Positions 24,949 through 34,698 of a stretch of DNA of 44,093 nt are shown here, in pieces. Position 1 is the stretch's first letter. The number at the start of each line of letters is the position of its first letter. Position numbers and translations under genes: made by a program. Origin of the DNA: Acidovorax sp. (GTDB taxonomy: Bacteria; Pseudomonadota; Gammaproteobacteria; Burkholderiales; Burkholderiaceae_C); the NCBI GenBank assembly GCA_039593925.1, contig JBCNOJ010000001.1, positions 1 to 44,093 on the forward strand. Reading direction: 5' to 3'. The notes under the pieces are model-generated. The model saw only the letters and a list, made by a program, of their open reading frames with translations, did not search any database and had not been told where the DNA came from.

Positions 24949-26674
24949 CAGCTTGATCCTGCGTGACGCGCGCCAGTTCATCCAGCGTTGTGATGCCATC
25001 CGCCACTTTGCGCAGCCCGTCTTGGAACAAGCTGAGCATCCCCCCGCGGGCAGCTATGTCGTTCAATGTGTTGGCATCCTTGCCTTCAATAATCGCCCGC
25101 CGGATCGGCTCGTCCAGCACGAACAGCTCATGAATCCCCGTACGACCACGGTATCCGGTGTCTCGGCAGTGTGAGCACCCCTGCGCACGGTAGATAGGAC
25201 GATCGGGAGGGCAGAATCGCGCCAGCCCGGTACTCTCACGCAAGCCGGGATCAGGGTGATAAGGCTGTTTGCAATGTGAGCACAACGCACGCACAAGACG
25301 TTGCGCAAGGATTCCATTGACGGCCGAAGTGATGAGGTACGGCTCCACCCCCATGTCCTGCATACGGATCACAGCGCCAGCTGCCGTGTTGGTGTGAAGC
25401 GTGGAGAGCACGAGATGCCCTGTCAATGCAGACTGCACTGCAATCTGCGCGGTTTCACCGTCTCGCATTTCCCCGATCATGATGATGTCCGGGTCCTGGC
25501 GCAGGATGGAGCGCAAGGCATTAGCGAAGGTCAGATTGATCTGGGAATGCACCTGGATCTGGTTGATTCCGTCCAGCTGATACTCCACCGGGTCTTCCAC
25601 GGTGATGATCTTTTGCTCGGAGGCGTCTATCTTGGCCAGCGCGGCATAAAGCGTGGTGGTCTTGCCGGACCCCGTAGGCCCCGTGACCAGCAGGATCCCA
25701 TGCGGGCGCGCCAGCAGTTCGTTGAATCGTGCCAGCGTATCAACCTCGAATCCCATGGTATTGAGGTCCAGGCGGATGCTGGCGCGATCCAGCACCCGCA
25801 TGACGACGCTTTCTCCATGTACCGTAGGCACGGTGGAAACACGCAAGTCCAGTTCACGCCCCTTGACGCGGGTCTTGATCCGCCCGTCCTGAGGCAAACG
25901 ACGCTCTGCAATGTCCAGATGCGCCAGGAGCTTGACGCGCGAATTGACGGCGGCGCTCATGCGGACAGGCACGACTTCTCCGGGATGAATCACACCGTCG
26001 ATGCGATAGCGCACATGCAAGCCGTCATCAAACGGCTCCAGATGAATATCCGACGCCCTCAGATCCGTCACCTTTCCGATGATTGCGTTCACCAGATGAA
26101 TGACCGGAGCCTCGCTCGCCAAATCCTTGAGGTGTTCGACAAAGTCCCCACCATCGCCCATGTCCTGCAGACCGTCTGAGCCTTCTTCTACTTCGGTCGG
26201 TTCGTCCAGTGCCGTCTCGACATCGGTTTCAAGGGCCAGGTAGGGCTGCACGCTGCAGCCGGATGCCAACCGCAACGCCTTGATGAGGTACGCGTCCTGC
26301 GGCAGGGTCATGGCGGCATGCAGAACACCACCTTCCACACGGAGCGGGCAAACAGCGTGTGCTTTCAAGAAATCGGCAGCCAAACCAGGGACTTCTGGTA
26401 TCACCGCAGGAAATTCGTCCACCCGAATCAGCGGGATATTCAGCTGGGAAGAAAGCGCCTGAGCAACGTCAGCCTCGGAGACCACCCCCAGTCGTACCAA
26501 CACACGCCCCAGCAAGCCGCCCAACTCATGTTGCGCAGACAGTGCTCGCTCTAGATCACGCGCACTGAGTTTGCCAAACTGCACCAGTAGCTCACCCAGC
26601 AGTGGACGCGCTTGCATATCGCTTTGCGCGGCAGCGGCGGCCTCACCAAGAGTTGTAATAGTATCGGTCATCAT
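24941..26674 (-). CDS. gspE: T2SS assembly ATPase with extended N-terminal domain
   Basis: ASDIHLEP, LDIAERRLPQDGR, Walker A GPTGSGKTT, TVEDPVE, LRQDPDIIMIGEMRD, tetracysteine motif (CSHC...CSHC) and GYRGRTGIHE. Confidence 0.97.
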   Translation of the reverse strand: MMTDTITTLGEAAAAAQSDMQARPLLGELLVQFGKLSARDLERALSAQHELGGLLGRVLVRLGVVSEADVAQALSSQLNIPLIRVDEFPAVIPEVPGLAADFLKAHAVCPLRVEGGVLHAAMTLPQDAYLIKALRLASGCSVQPYLALETDVETALDEPTEVEEGSDGLQDMGDGGDFVEHLKDLASEAPVIHLVNAIIGKVTDLRASDIHLEPFDDGLHVRYRIDGVIHPGEVVPVRMSAAVNSRVKLLAHLDIAERRLPQDGRIKTRVKGRELDLRVSTVPTVHGESVVMRVLDRASIRLDLNTMGFEVDTLARFNELLARPHGILLVTGPTGSGKTTTLYAALAKIDASEQKIITVEDPVEYQLDGINQIQVHSQINLTFANALRSILRQDPDIIMIGEMRDGETAQIAVQSALTGHLVLSTLHTNTAAGAVIRMQDMGVEPYLITSAVNGILAQRLVRALCSHCKQPYHPDPGLRESTGLARFCPPDRPIYRAQGCSHCRDTGYRGRTGIHELFVLDEPIRRAIIEGKDANTLNDIAARGGMLSLFQDGLRKVADGITTLDELARVTQDQADA

Positions 26675-26794
26675 GAATGAGAGATGGTTTGCCATCTGGC
26701 CCCGTGTATCGGCGATATGCCGCAACCACTTCGGGGAGGAGTGTAGTCACCCGCACCAGCTGTAACCATTCACATTGCGTATCCTGGATGAAGA

Positions 26795-26814
26795 AGCCCG
26801 GATTTTACCGGGCT
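26795..26814. promoter_or_regulatory. Inverted repeat enclosing a -10-like hexamer in the gspE / hydrolase divergent region
   Basis: agcccgg-atttta-ccgggct; the loop reads TAAAAT on the minus strand, facing gspE. Confidence 0.4.
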
Positions 26815-26836
26815 GCATCGCATAGAGCCCCCCCCA

Positions 26837-28708
26837 ATGCCCCCTCCTTTCTCATCCAAGGGTCTGCCCTGGATTCTCTGGCTTGCAGCGAGCGCTGTGC
26901 TTGGTGCAGGCGCCGTTGGCGTTGCTTTGTTGGTCAGTCACGATCCTTCAATGGCGCCCATGCACCGCAACGGCCGGATGCTGCTCGCGCCCATGGTTGG
27001 AGTGAGTGACACATGCATTCAACTGCCCGAACAGACTTCTGGGGCGCCATTGGAGCAAGCCTGCACGGGCCCGCACGGCTCGGCAGCTGCTTTGCTGGAG
27101 GCCACCCTACAACGCCTGGACGCAACTTGGCTCAAGAGTTACTCCATTGGCTATACGTTGCCCGTTCCCTTGATGCAACTCTTCCGACGGGAGGGTGCGT
27201 CCTGGGTAATTGACCCTGCACGCGTCCAACGAGTGGCACGCACAATTCGCGACTCAGAGCGCCCCCTCATACTTTATTTTTTTTCAACCCATTTCTCTTC
27301 ACACTCGGCGCTCGAAAAGACTTTAGCGCGCGATCCCGCCAACATTGCCCAGTCCCATGGTGGAGCGTTGCCTGAAGACTCGTATTACGGCGCCCCCATC
27401 TACAACTGGTCTGTGGCCTCCACAGACAATGGCATTACACGCTATCGCACCCTGGCCTTTGAAGCGCTGACCGATGAGATTTGCAAGATGCCGGCGAGGG
27501 ATCTTGAGAAGATCAAGGGCATCACGATCCTGGGAGAGCTGCATCAGCTTTTTCCCGCGTTTGAGACTGGGATGGGGTTTTCCGGCGCTTATGCCGTGAC
27601 TGACTACAGTCCGCAGTCCATATCAGGATTCCAGAGCTTTCTGCGAGACCGTTTTGTCTCGGTGGAGAAGCTTAATCATGTACTCAACACCCGCTACACG
27701 GCGTTTGATGCCGTGGCCCCTCCTGCAAAGAATGTCCGCAAAGACGCATTGAAGCAGTATGAGGAACACATAGATTCCTTTGCCCACGGTACGTTTCCTG
27801 TTTCCGGCTGGTTGTATGCCCCCCAAACCAAGGCGCCGCGCATCCATGTCTACGTGAATGGCAAACACGCCGGGACCACGACCGCTCACCTGACGCGCAG
27901 AGATGTACTGGAGGCCAAACCCGCTTTCGGACATGCCAATACGGGCTGGCGCCTGGATGTGGATTTCAGGCGCATGCAACCGGGACTTCATGGCATCGAC
28001 ATTTATGCGGAGCTAACGCCCAACCGCCTGACGCATCTGGGACACCGCCAGATCGCTGTGATGGACCGAGAGCAACGCACACCCCTGCAACAGTTGCAGC
28101 ACCCACTACCTCGCAGCTATGAAGCAGGGCCGGATATCGAGGCGGCCATCGATCAACCGTTGGATCAAGCCTCACTGTTTTATAACCCTTTGGTGCCTTT
28201 ATGGCATGAGTTTCGTGAGCTGCAGATCGTGACCTACCTGCGCCACTTCGACCGCACACTGCAAGACTCCTGCCTGGGCTCAATTCCCAGATATACGCAT
28301 CAGCTGTTGCCCTATAGCAATCCCAGTTGGGACGCGAACAAGTTCGCCGTTGATGCCTCGCTCGCAAATTTGCTGCCCCTGCGCACCGGCGTCAGCTTGT
28401 ATGGCGAGGCTTCCTATGGCCCCTCGTTTCATCAATGGCTGCGCCGTACAACTCATTCGGGCTATGGCATCACGGAGTTTCACCCCCTCATGCCAATGAC
28501 ATCCAAAGAGCTTCAAAAGGTTTTTTCGGCGCATGCCTTGCGGGGCGCATCCTTTCTCAGTTTTTTTCTTGAGCCTTATTGGGACAACCAGGCAGTTGAA
28601 CGGTCACCGAACATTTTCTCGTTTGACCCGCGAAACACGGCATTTGGCTCCAATGCCCTCTATGAGGCAATGCGCGCACGCCCCACGCTCTCCAAGCCAA
28701 CCCAATGA
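26837..28708 (+). CDS. Membrane-anchored/periplasmic glycoside hydrolase-like protein (GH42/clan GH-A-like) with inserted Ig-like domain
   Basis: N-terminal hydrophobic helix; DYSPQSISGFQSFLRDRFVSVEKLNHVLNTRYTAFDAV resembles the GH42 helical motif; candidate catalytic Glu in LGELH and GITEFHP; insert with SGW..HVYVNG..RRDV..GW. Confidence 0.55.
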   Translation: MPPPFSSKGLPWILWLAASAVLGAGAVGVALLVSHDPSMAPMHRNGRMLLAPMVGVSDTCIQLPEQTSGAPLEQACTGPHGSAAALLEATLQRLDATWLKSYSIGYTLPVPLMQLFRREGASWVIDPARVQRVARTIRDSERPLILYFFSTHFSSHSALEKTLARDPANIAQSHGGALPEDSYYGAPIYNWSVASTDNGITRYRTLAFEALTDEICKMPARDLEKIKGITILGELHQLFPAFETGMGFSGAYAVTDYSPQSISGFQSFLRDRFVSVEKLNHVLNTRYTAFDAVAPPAKNVRKDALKQYEEHIDSFAHGTFPVSGWLYAPQTKAPRIHVYVNGKHAGTTTAHLTRRDVLEAKPAFGHANTGWRLDVDFRRMQPGLHGIDIYAELTPNRLTHLGHRQIAVMDREQRTPLQQLQHPLPRSYEAGPDIEAAIDQPLDQASLFYNPLVPLWHEFRELQIVTYLRHFDRTLQDSCLGSIPRYTHQLLPYSNPSWDANKFAVDASLANLLPLRTGVSLYGEASYGPSFHQWLRRTTHSGYGITEFHPLMPMTSKELQKVFSAHALRGASFLSFFLEPYWDNQAVERSPNIFSFDPRNTAFGSNALYEAMRARPTLSKPTQ

Positions 28709-29787
28709 GATCAACATCCGGTCACCATTTTGTCGCGCTGGATCATCTCCGCGCATTGGCCGCACTGCTCGTCTTCAGTTGGCATTTTCTTCATTTCAAA
28801 TCGGGCTACCCTGTTCCCTTCGCACAAGCACCTGCCTTTTTTCCACTTGCGGTTTTCGATGAAGGTCATGTCGGCGTGGCCTTGTTTATGACGCTCAGTG
28901 GCTATCTCTTCGCCAAGCTTCTGGATGGCAGGAAGATCGTTTATCGACAGTTCTTGTGGAATCGCGTACTGCGGCTGGCACCTCTGATGCTGGCGGTCAT
29001 TCTGGTCAATCTGGTCATGCTGATGGTCAACGATGCGACGCCCCCCCAGATTGCGGAGTTTGCTCGCTCGGTCGTCAAAGGTGCCATCTTCCCTAGCCTG
29101 CCCAACGGAGGTTGGTCCATCACCATTGAGTTCCATTTCTATTTGCTGCTGCCCGTATTGCTGGCCATCATTTCTCGATCGCCATGGCATGCACTGACGC
29201 TCGTGGCAATGGCCATTGCATTGCGCGGCGCGATTTATCTAAGTCAAGGCAGCGTACAGCACGAAGCCTACTTCACCATTGCTGGTCGCATTGATCAGTT
29301 TACGCTCGGCATATTGGCCCACCGCATCAACTTGGGCCAGCGCATGGGAAACAGGGCTTTCGGTGTTTCCGCCTTCTGCTTTCTCGCCTTTTACTGGTGG
29401 TTTGATGCCAATGGTGGTTTCATGCGTTCGCCGGGGTATCCATCTCCACAGCCCTTGTGGATTTTCATGAGCTGCATTGAAGGAATGGCCTTCGCATGCC
29501 TGATTGGCTGGTACGACAGCAAACGATGGAGATTCCTGGAAGGCAGTGTTTCAAGGTTCATGGGAAAGGTTGGCGAGTATTCCTATTCCATATACCTTTT
29601 GCACATGTTCTTCGTTTTCGATCTGGCGGCATTTATTCATGAGCACATCATGGACATTTCCAATTTCTATGTGGGTTTGATGTGGGCATTCCTGTGCTTC
29701 ATGGGATTCCTACCCATCGCAGCCGCCAGCTACCATGCCATTGAAAAACCATTCTTCGCGTTGCGACGCCCTTATACGGGTCAGTGA
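28705..29787 (+). CDS. Acyltransferase family 3 (OafA-like) membrane O-acyltransferase
   Basis: [58 protein letters not shown] and SYHAIEKPF. ATGA coupling to the upstream gene. Confidence 0.93.
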   Translation: MRSTSGHHFVALDHLRALAALLVFSWHFLHFKSGYPVPFAQAPAFFPLAVFDEGHVGVALFMTLSGYLFAKLLDGRKIVYRQFLWNRVLRLAPLMLAVILVNLVMLMVNDATPPQIAEFARSVVKGAIFPSLPNGGWSITIEFHFYLLLPVLLAIISRSPWHALTLVAMAIALRGAIYLSQGSVQHEAYFTIAGRIDQFTLGILAHRINLGQRMGNRAFGVSAFCFLAFYWWFDANGGFMRSPGYPSPQPLWIFMSCIEGMAFACLIGWYDSKRWRFLEGSVSRFMGKVGEYSYSIYLLHMFFVFDLAAFIHEHIMDISNFYVGLMWAFLCFMGFLPIAAASYHAIEKPFFALRRPYTGQ

Positions 29788-30182
29788 TCCCTCGTCCGAG
29801 CAAAGATCCTTCGGCTGAGGAGATACATCATGGGAGTCGTGATGACGAGAGAAAACAATGGCGCTACGACGGCCCAGCCGCCCAAGGCAACCCAGAGATG
29901 CACACAGCCCAAGCCCACGAGGTACTGAACCCCGTACGCCAGGGCCACCCATGCAACGCTCCATCGATCACCCCGGCTCTCGTAGACAAAGCATCGAAAA
30001 AGCACGTAGGCCAGCACAATGCCAGCGGCATATGCCATCGTGTAAGCAACACCATGCGCGAAGGCGCGCAGAAGCACTAGATACAGTGCGTACGACACCA
30101 GGGTATTGAAGGCACCAGAGAGGAGAAACCGCCTCCACCCACCCACTGGAAGTTGATCGCTTGTTTTCTTCCAGGCGTTCAC
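29781..30182 (-). CDS. GtrA-family Und-P-sugar flippase (WxcN-like)
   Basis: RFLLSGAFNTLVSYALYLVL, four short TM helices, ends YLLSRRIF. Probable GTG start at 30182. Confidence 0.85.
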   Translation of the reverse strand: MNAWKKTSDQLPVGGWRRFLLSGAFNTLVSYALYLVLLRAFAHGVAYTMAYAAGIVLAYVLFRCFVYESRGDRWSVAWVALAYGVQYLVGLGCVHLWVALGGWAVVAPLFSLVITTPMMYLLSRRIFARTRDH

Positions 30183-30189
30183 GAGAGGC

Positions 30190-31158
30190 TTACCGGGCCC
30201 CAGACAAGACCGCTGACGCCTGAAGAAATTCCTCATAGTCGCGGATGTAATCTTCAGCGTCGTAGTGCTCTGAAGCCAGTACCAGCAATACGGCATCGGG
30301 GGAATATTTGTACTGAACGCCCCATGTCATGGGAGGAAGATACAAGCCCAAGGTTGGTCGATCCAGAATGAATTCCTCGCGGCGGCTGCCATCGTCCGCC
30401 ACAGCGTGAACCCGACCTTTGACGACAACAAGGAACTGGGCACAGCGGCGATGCGCGTGCTCCCCCCGAATCTCCTCACTGGGAACGTCATAGACCAGAA
30501 AAGACCGACGCACAGCGAAGGGAACGCTGTCCTCCATCTCCATGACTGTCAGGCTGCCCCGCATGTCAGCGACGTTCTTCAAAGAATGCAAAGTGACGCC
30601 ACGAACCCCGGTCGCACTTACTCTCTGATCAGGAGGGGATGCTGCTTGAGCAGTATTCCCACCCGCAGCTCCCACCTGAAAAGAGGCCTCTGCATAGCCG
30701 ACGATACGAGCTGGGTTACCTACAACAATTGCTCTAGCAGGCACATCGCGCACCACAACTGCGCCAGCACCCACCATGGCTTTGGCGCCTATGACAATGC
30801 CCGGGAGGATCGTGGCGTTGGCACCAATGGATGCCCCCTTCTGCACAACTGTGCGGGCGTATTGGGCAGGATGCTGCTTGCTCCTCGGAAAAATGTCGTT
30901 GGAAAAGGTGGCATTGGGCCCGATGAAAACATCGTCCTCAATGCTGACTCCGTCCCAGAGTTGAACGCCACACTTGACTGTCACACGATCTCCGACGACC
31001 ACCTGATTTTCGATGAACACGTGGTCACAGATATTGCAGTCCGCACCAATGCGGGCGCTCGGCAAGATGTGCGCAAATGCCCACACACGCGTATTGGATC
31101 CAATACAAGGGCTTTCGCAAAGAGCTTGGGGATGGATGAACACGTTGTTCCTCATCAA
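30190..31158 (-). CDS. Bifunctional hexapeptide N-acetyltransferase / dTDP-4-keto-6-deoxyglucose 3,4-ketoisomerase (WxcM-like)
   Basis: N-terminal LbH repeats (IGADCNICDHVFIEN, GASIGANATILPG, VVGNPARIVG) fused to a C-terminal FdtA/QdtA cupin (DMRGSL, RGEHAHRRCAQFL). Confidence 0.9.
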   Translation of the reverse strand: MMRNNVFIHPQALCESPCIGSNTRVWAFAHILPSARIGADCNICDHVFIENQVVVGDRVTVKCGVQLWDGVSIEDDVFIGPNATFSNDIFPRSKQHPAQYARTVVQKGASIGANATILPGIVIGAKAMVGAGAVVVRDVPARAIVVGNPARIVGYAEASFQVGAAGGNTAQAASPPDQRVSATGVRGVTLHSLKNVADMRGSLTVMEMEDSVPFAVRRSFLVYDVPSEEIRGEHAHRRCAQFLVVVKGRVHAVADDGSRREEFILDRPTLGLYLPPMTWGVQYKYSPDAVLLVLASEHYDAEDYIRDYEEFLQASAVLSGAR

Positions 31159-31167
31159 GCATTTCCA

Positions 31168-32124
31168 TCAGGCAACATCCGCCCGCACCGATTTGAAGGA
31201 CTGGGCTCGCAATACCACAGCAAGCGGACGTTGTTTGGTGTTTTCATATGCCCGCCAGGCATAGGACCCCACGATCCCGAGGCCCAGCATATTCAAAGCC
31301 CCAAGAAAGACAATAGTCAACATAATCATGGTGTAGCCGGGAACAGCAATCGCCCCCATCAGCCGGGCCATGGCAACCACAACACCCACCAGTAAAGAAA
31401 AAGCCACGCCCAAGGCACCACCACGCATCAGCAGCTTGATGGGCAAATCAGAGAACGAAAATAAGCTGTCCGACAGATAGTTGAGCTTGCGCTTGAACGT
31501 CCACGCGGAACGTCCATGGAGCCGGGGCAGTCTTTGATAACCTACTTGTTCCCGCCGGTAACCCAGCCAGAAAATCTGCGCCACCAAGGAACTGTGGCGC
31601 TCTTCCAATTTCAGAAGCGCATCGCGGAAAGCCCGATTGCAACCAAACACGTCCACTCCACCCGATGGCATCTGGGTCACCACATAGCGCCGGTACAGCG
31701 CCCAAAATATTTGCGCAGGCCACCGCTGATGCCATGGGTCGCCCCGCGCCTCGCGAACGCCTACGACCACATCGGCGGTGTCGGCTGCCAATATCTGGTG
31801 CATACGCACAACCATTTCGGGCGGTTCCTGCAAGTCCGCAGCCATCACTGCGAAATACCGTCCTACGCCCGCTTGCAGACCGACCCGGATCGCGGGGAAT
31901 GAACCGAAATTCCGGCTCAAGAGAATGAGTTGTGACTGAAAGCGGCATCGGGGCAAGGCATCGTGCAGGATTTCATAGCAACGATCAGGACTGCCGTCGA
32001 CCACGAAGACCGCCTCCATATTGCCCTGCAGCGATTGGTCAAGGCGTTCTAATGCCTGAAGCAACTCAGGGACAGAGCCCTCATTGCGATAGACCGGCAC
32101 GATGAGGCTGAGCACCAGGGTCAC
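31168..32124 (-). CDS. GT2 polyprenol-phosphate glycosyltransferase (GtrB/ArnC/WxcL-like)
   Basis: SLIVPVYRNE, VVDGSPD, LSRNFGS, MAADLQEPP, two C-terminal TM helices and YENTKQRP. Confidence 0.9.
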   Translation of the reverse strand: MTLVLSLIVPVYRNEGSVPELLQALERLDQSLQGNMEAVFVVDGSPDRCYEILHDALPRCRFQSQLILLSRNFGSFPAIRVGLQAGVGRYFAVMAADLQEPPEMVVRMHQILAADTADVVVGVREARGDPWHQRWPAQIFWALYRRYVVTQMPSGGVDVFGCNRAFRDALLKLEERHSSLVAQIFWLGYRREQVGYQRLPRLHGRSAWTFKRKLNYLSDSLFSFSDLPIKLLMRGGALGVAFSLLVGVVVAMARLMGAIAVPGYTMIMLTIVFLGALNMLGLGIVGSYAWRAYENTKQRPLAVVLRAQSFKSVRADVA

Positions 32125-33233
32125 CCACCTTTCCCGAAAAAGCGCCGCACAGACTGCGCCACAAGGTCCACAGCATCTTCAGTCATCCCAGGGAAACACG
32201 GCAGCGAGAGCGCCTGCGCGCAAACATGCTCCGTCACGTCGAGACGCCAGGGATTAGTGGCGCACGGATAGGCGGGCTGGTGATGGTCGGCAATCGGATA
32301 GTGCACCTCGGCCGCCACGCCCTCTTTCAACAGGTGCGCCCGCAGCATGTCTCGCTCGGGAGTCTGGACAACATACAGATGGGCCACGTGTTCGGACCCT
32401 TCGACGCGCGGCAATATCAAGGGCACGTCGACAAATGCCCGGGCGTAACGGGCAGCGATGCTTCTGCGAATGTCATTACAAGAATCCAGCCGCTTCAGTT
32501 TGGAGCGCAACACCGCGGCCTGTATCTCGTCCATGCGGCTGTTGCAGCCCTGTGGATGTGCCACTGTGTATTTGGGCTCCCAACCGTATTGGCGCAACGT
32601 TCGGACGCGCCGTGCAAGTTCGGGGCGCCGGGTGGCAACGCATCCTCCATCACCGAGAGCGCCCAGATTTTTTGTGGGATAGAAGCTGAAACATGCGATG
32701 TCACCCCAAGAGCCCGCTTTTCGCCCCTCAGTACTGGCGCCATGGCTTTGCGCGCAATCCTCGACGAGAGGCACGCCAGCACCCCGGCACAGGCCCTCGA
32801 TGGCGACCATGTCAGCCATCTGGCCATAAAGGTGCGTCACGATCACGGCGGCGGGACGCTGAAGCAGGGCTTCCTCCAGCGCCTTCACGGACAGTGTGAG
32901 GCTGGAGGGGTCTACATCCACATAGAGGGGCGTCGCCCCTACCGCGTAAATGGCAAAACTGCCGTAGAAACCTGCGTTTGCCACGGTGATCACCGATTGA
33001 CCACGCTCCACACCCAACACGCGCAATGCCAACTCCAGGGCGTCACTCCCGCTGGCCACTGTGACGCAGTGGTCAACCCCCAAATACCCCGCAAACTCCT
33101 CCTCGAATGCGCCGACTTCCTTGCCCAGAATGAAATGATTGCTGCGCAGCACGCGCTGGATCGCTGCCTGCAAGGATGGGTCGGAGTTGACAAACTCCGT
33201 GGAGAAGAACGGGACACGAACAGCGGTTGACAT
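32121..33233 (-). CDS. DegT/DnrJ/EryC1/StrS sugar aminotransferase (FdtB/WxcK-like)
   Basis: HLYGQ, EDCAQSHGA, FSFYPTKNLGALGDGG (PLP lysine), NSRMDEIQAA and LSLP. Start 33233 or 33242. Confidence 0.93.
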   Translation of the reverse strand: MSTAVRVPFFSTEFVNSDPSLQAAIQRVLRSNHFILGKEVGAFEEEFAGYLGVDHCVTVASGSDALELALRVLGVERGQSVITVANAGFYGSFAIYAVGATPLYVDVDPSSLTLSVKALEEALLQRPAAVIVTHLYGQMADMVAIEGLCRGAGVPLVEDCAQSHGASTEGRKAGSWGDIACFSFYPTKNLGALGDGGCVATRRPELARRVRTLRQYGWEPKYTVAHPQGCNSRMDEIQAAVLRSKLKRLDSCNDIRRSIAARYARAFVDVPLILPRVEGSEHVAHLYVVQTPERDMLRAHLLKEGVAAEVHYPIADHHQPAYPCATNPWRLDVTEHVCAQALSLPCFPGMTEDAVDLVAQSVRRFFGKGG

Positions 33234-33254
33234 ACTTTGCATCTCGCACTCTTA

Positions 33255-33803
33255 TCAGGCAAAAAGCTCCGCGTCTCGAAAAGATACCCCTCGCTGATCT
33301 TTGGCAGAAAGTTGCAAGACTCCCGCCTCCGGCCACGCAATTCCCAGAGCTTCATCGTTCCATGCAAGGCAGCGCTCGTGTTCAGGCGCGTAGTACTCGG
33401 TCGTCTTGTAGAGGAAGTCAGCACTCTCACTGAGCACCAGGAAACCGTGTGCGAATCCAGGAGGAACCCACAGCTGGCGCTGATTTTCAGCACTCAGCTC
33501 AACTCCCGTCCATCGACCGAAGCTGGATGAACTCCTGCGCAAATCTACGGCCACATCGAAGACGGTGCCCTGAACCACACGCACAAGCTTGCCTTGTGGT
33601 TGCTGGATCTGGTAGTGCATGCCGCGCAAAACGCCCCTCGCACTGCGGCTGTGGTTGTCCTGCACGAATGAGTGGCATGTACCGGTCGCTTCGTCAAACG
33701 CTTTCTGATTGAAACTCTCGAAAAAGAAACCGCGTGCATCTCCAAACACCTTGGGCTCAATGATCATCACGTCGGGAACATTCGTGGGAATGGCACGCAT
33801 CAA
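33255..33803 (-). CDS. rmlC: dTDP-4-dehydrorhamnose 3,5-epimerase
   Basis: [28 protein letters not shown] and [10 protein letters not shown]. Confidence 0.97.
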   Translation of the reverse strand: MMRAIPTNVPDVMIIEPKVFGDARGFFFESFNQKAFDEATGTCHSFVQDNHSRSARGVLRGMHYQIQQPQGKLVRVVQGTVFDVAVDLRRSSSSFGRWTGVELSAENQRQLWVPPGFAHGFLVLSESADFLYKTTEYYAPEHERCLAWNDEALGIAWPEAGVLQLSAKDQRGVSFRDAELFA

Positions 33804-34684
33804 TACACCTTCTCTCTTAGCAGCCGTTGCAAGTACTGACCGTAGCCACTCTTGACCAAAGGGGCAGCCAAAGCCGTGAGTTGCGCCTCATTGATCCAAC
33901 TATGGCGCCATGCAATTTCCTCTGGGCAGGCAATCTTCAACCCCTGCCGATGCTCCAGCGTTGCAATGAACTGCCCCGCCTCCAGAAGGCTTTCGTGCGT
34001 TCCGGTATCTAGCCAAGCGTAGCCACGACCCATGATCTCGACATTGAGTTGCGCCTTCTCCAAGTACAGGCGGTTCAGGTCGGTAATTTCGTACTCGCCG
34101 CGGGTGGACGGCTTGAGGCTCTTTGCCAACTCGACCACTTGGTTGTCGTAGAAGTACAGGCCCGTCACGGCATAGCTGGATTTGGGTGACTGCGGCTTTT
34201 CCTCCAGCGACAGTACCTTTCCCTGTGCATCAAACTCCGCTACGCCGTAACGCTCAGGGTCGTGGACGTGGTAAGCAAATACGCTGGCGCCCTCGGTGCG
34301 GTCCATCGCATGACCCAAGAGCTCATGAAAGTCATGCCCGTAGAAAATGTTGTCGCCCAGCACCAGCGCACTGGGCGAATCGCCGAGGAACTGTTCGCCA
34401 ATCAGGAACGCCTGCGCCAGCCCATCGGGGCTCGGCTGCACTGCGTATTCCAACCGGATGCCCCACTGGCTGCCATCTCCCAGCAGTTGCTTAAATCGCG
34501 GCGTGTCCTGCGGGGTGCTGATGATGAGGATCTCGCGGATGCCCGCCAGCATCAGGGTGCTGAGCGGGTAATAGATCATCGGCTTGTCGTACACCGGCAG
34601 CAGTTGCTTGCTGATGGCAAGCGTTGCTGGGTGCAGCCGGGTGCCGGAGCCACCGGCGAGGATGATGCCTTTGCGTTGGGTCAT
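33800..34684 (-). CDS. rmlA: Glucose-1-phosphate thymidylyltransferase
   Basis: [40 protein letters not shown] and [10 protein letters not shown]. Confidence 0.98.
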   Translation of the reverse strand: MTQRKGIILAGGSGTRLHPATLAISKQLLPVYDKPMIYYPLSTLMLAGIREILIISTPQDTPRFKQLLGDGSQWGIRLEYAVQPSPDGLAQAFLIGEQFLGDSPSALVLGDNIFYGHDFHELLGHAMDRTEGASVFAYHVHDPERYGVAEFDAQGKVLSLEEKPQSPKSSYAVTGLYFYDNQVVELAKSLKPSTRGEYEITDLNRLYLEKAQLNVEIMGRGYAWLDTGTHESLLEAGQFIATLEHRQGLKIACPEEIAWRHSWINEAQLTALAAPLVKSGYGQYLQRLLREKVY

Positions 34685-34698
34685 GTGGGGAATGCCAT

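Noticed and set aside
15970-26674. Type IV pilus or MSHA/Tad system instead of T2SS
   Set aside because: Canonical GspG and GspK signatures, xps gene order and no PilT retraction ATPase.
30183-30296. N-terminal extension of the GtrA ORF
   Set aside because: Overlaps the WxcM-like gene; the GtrA domain begins downstream.
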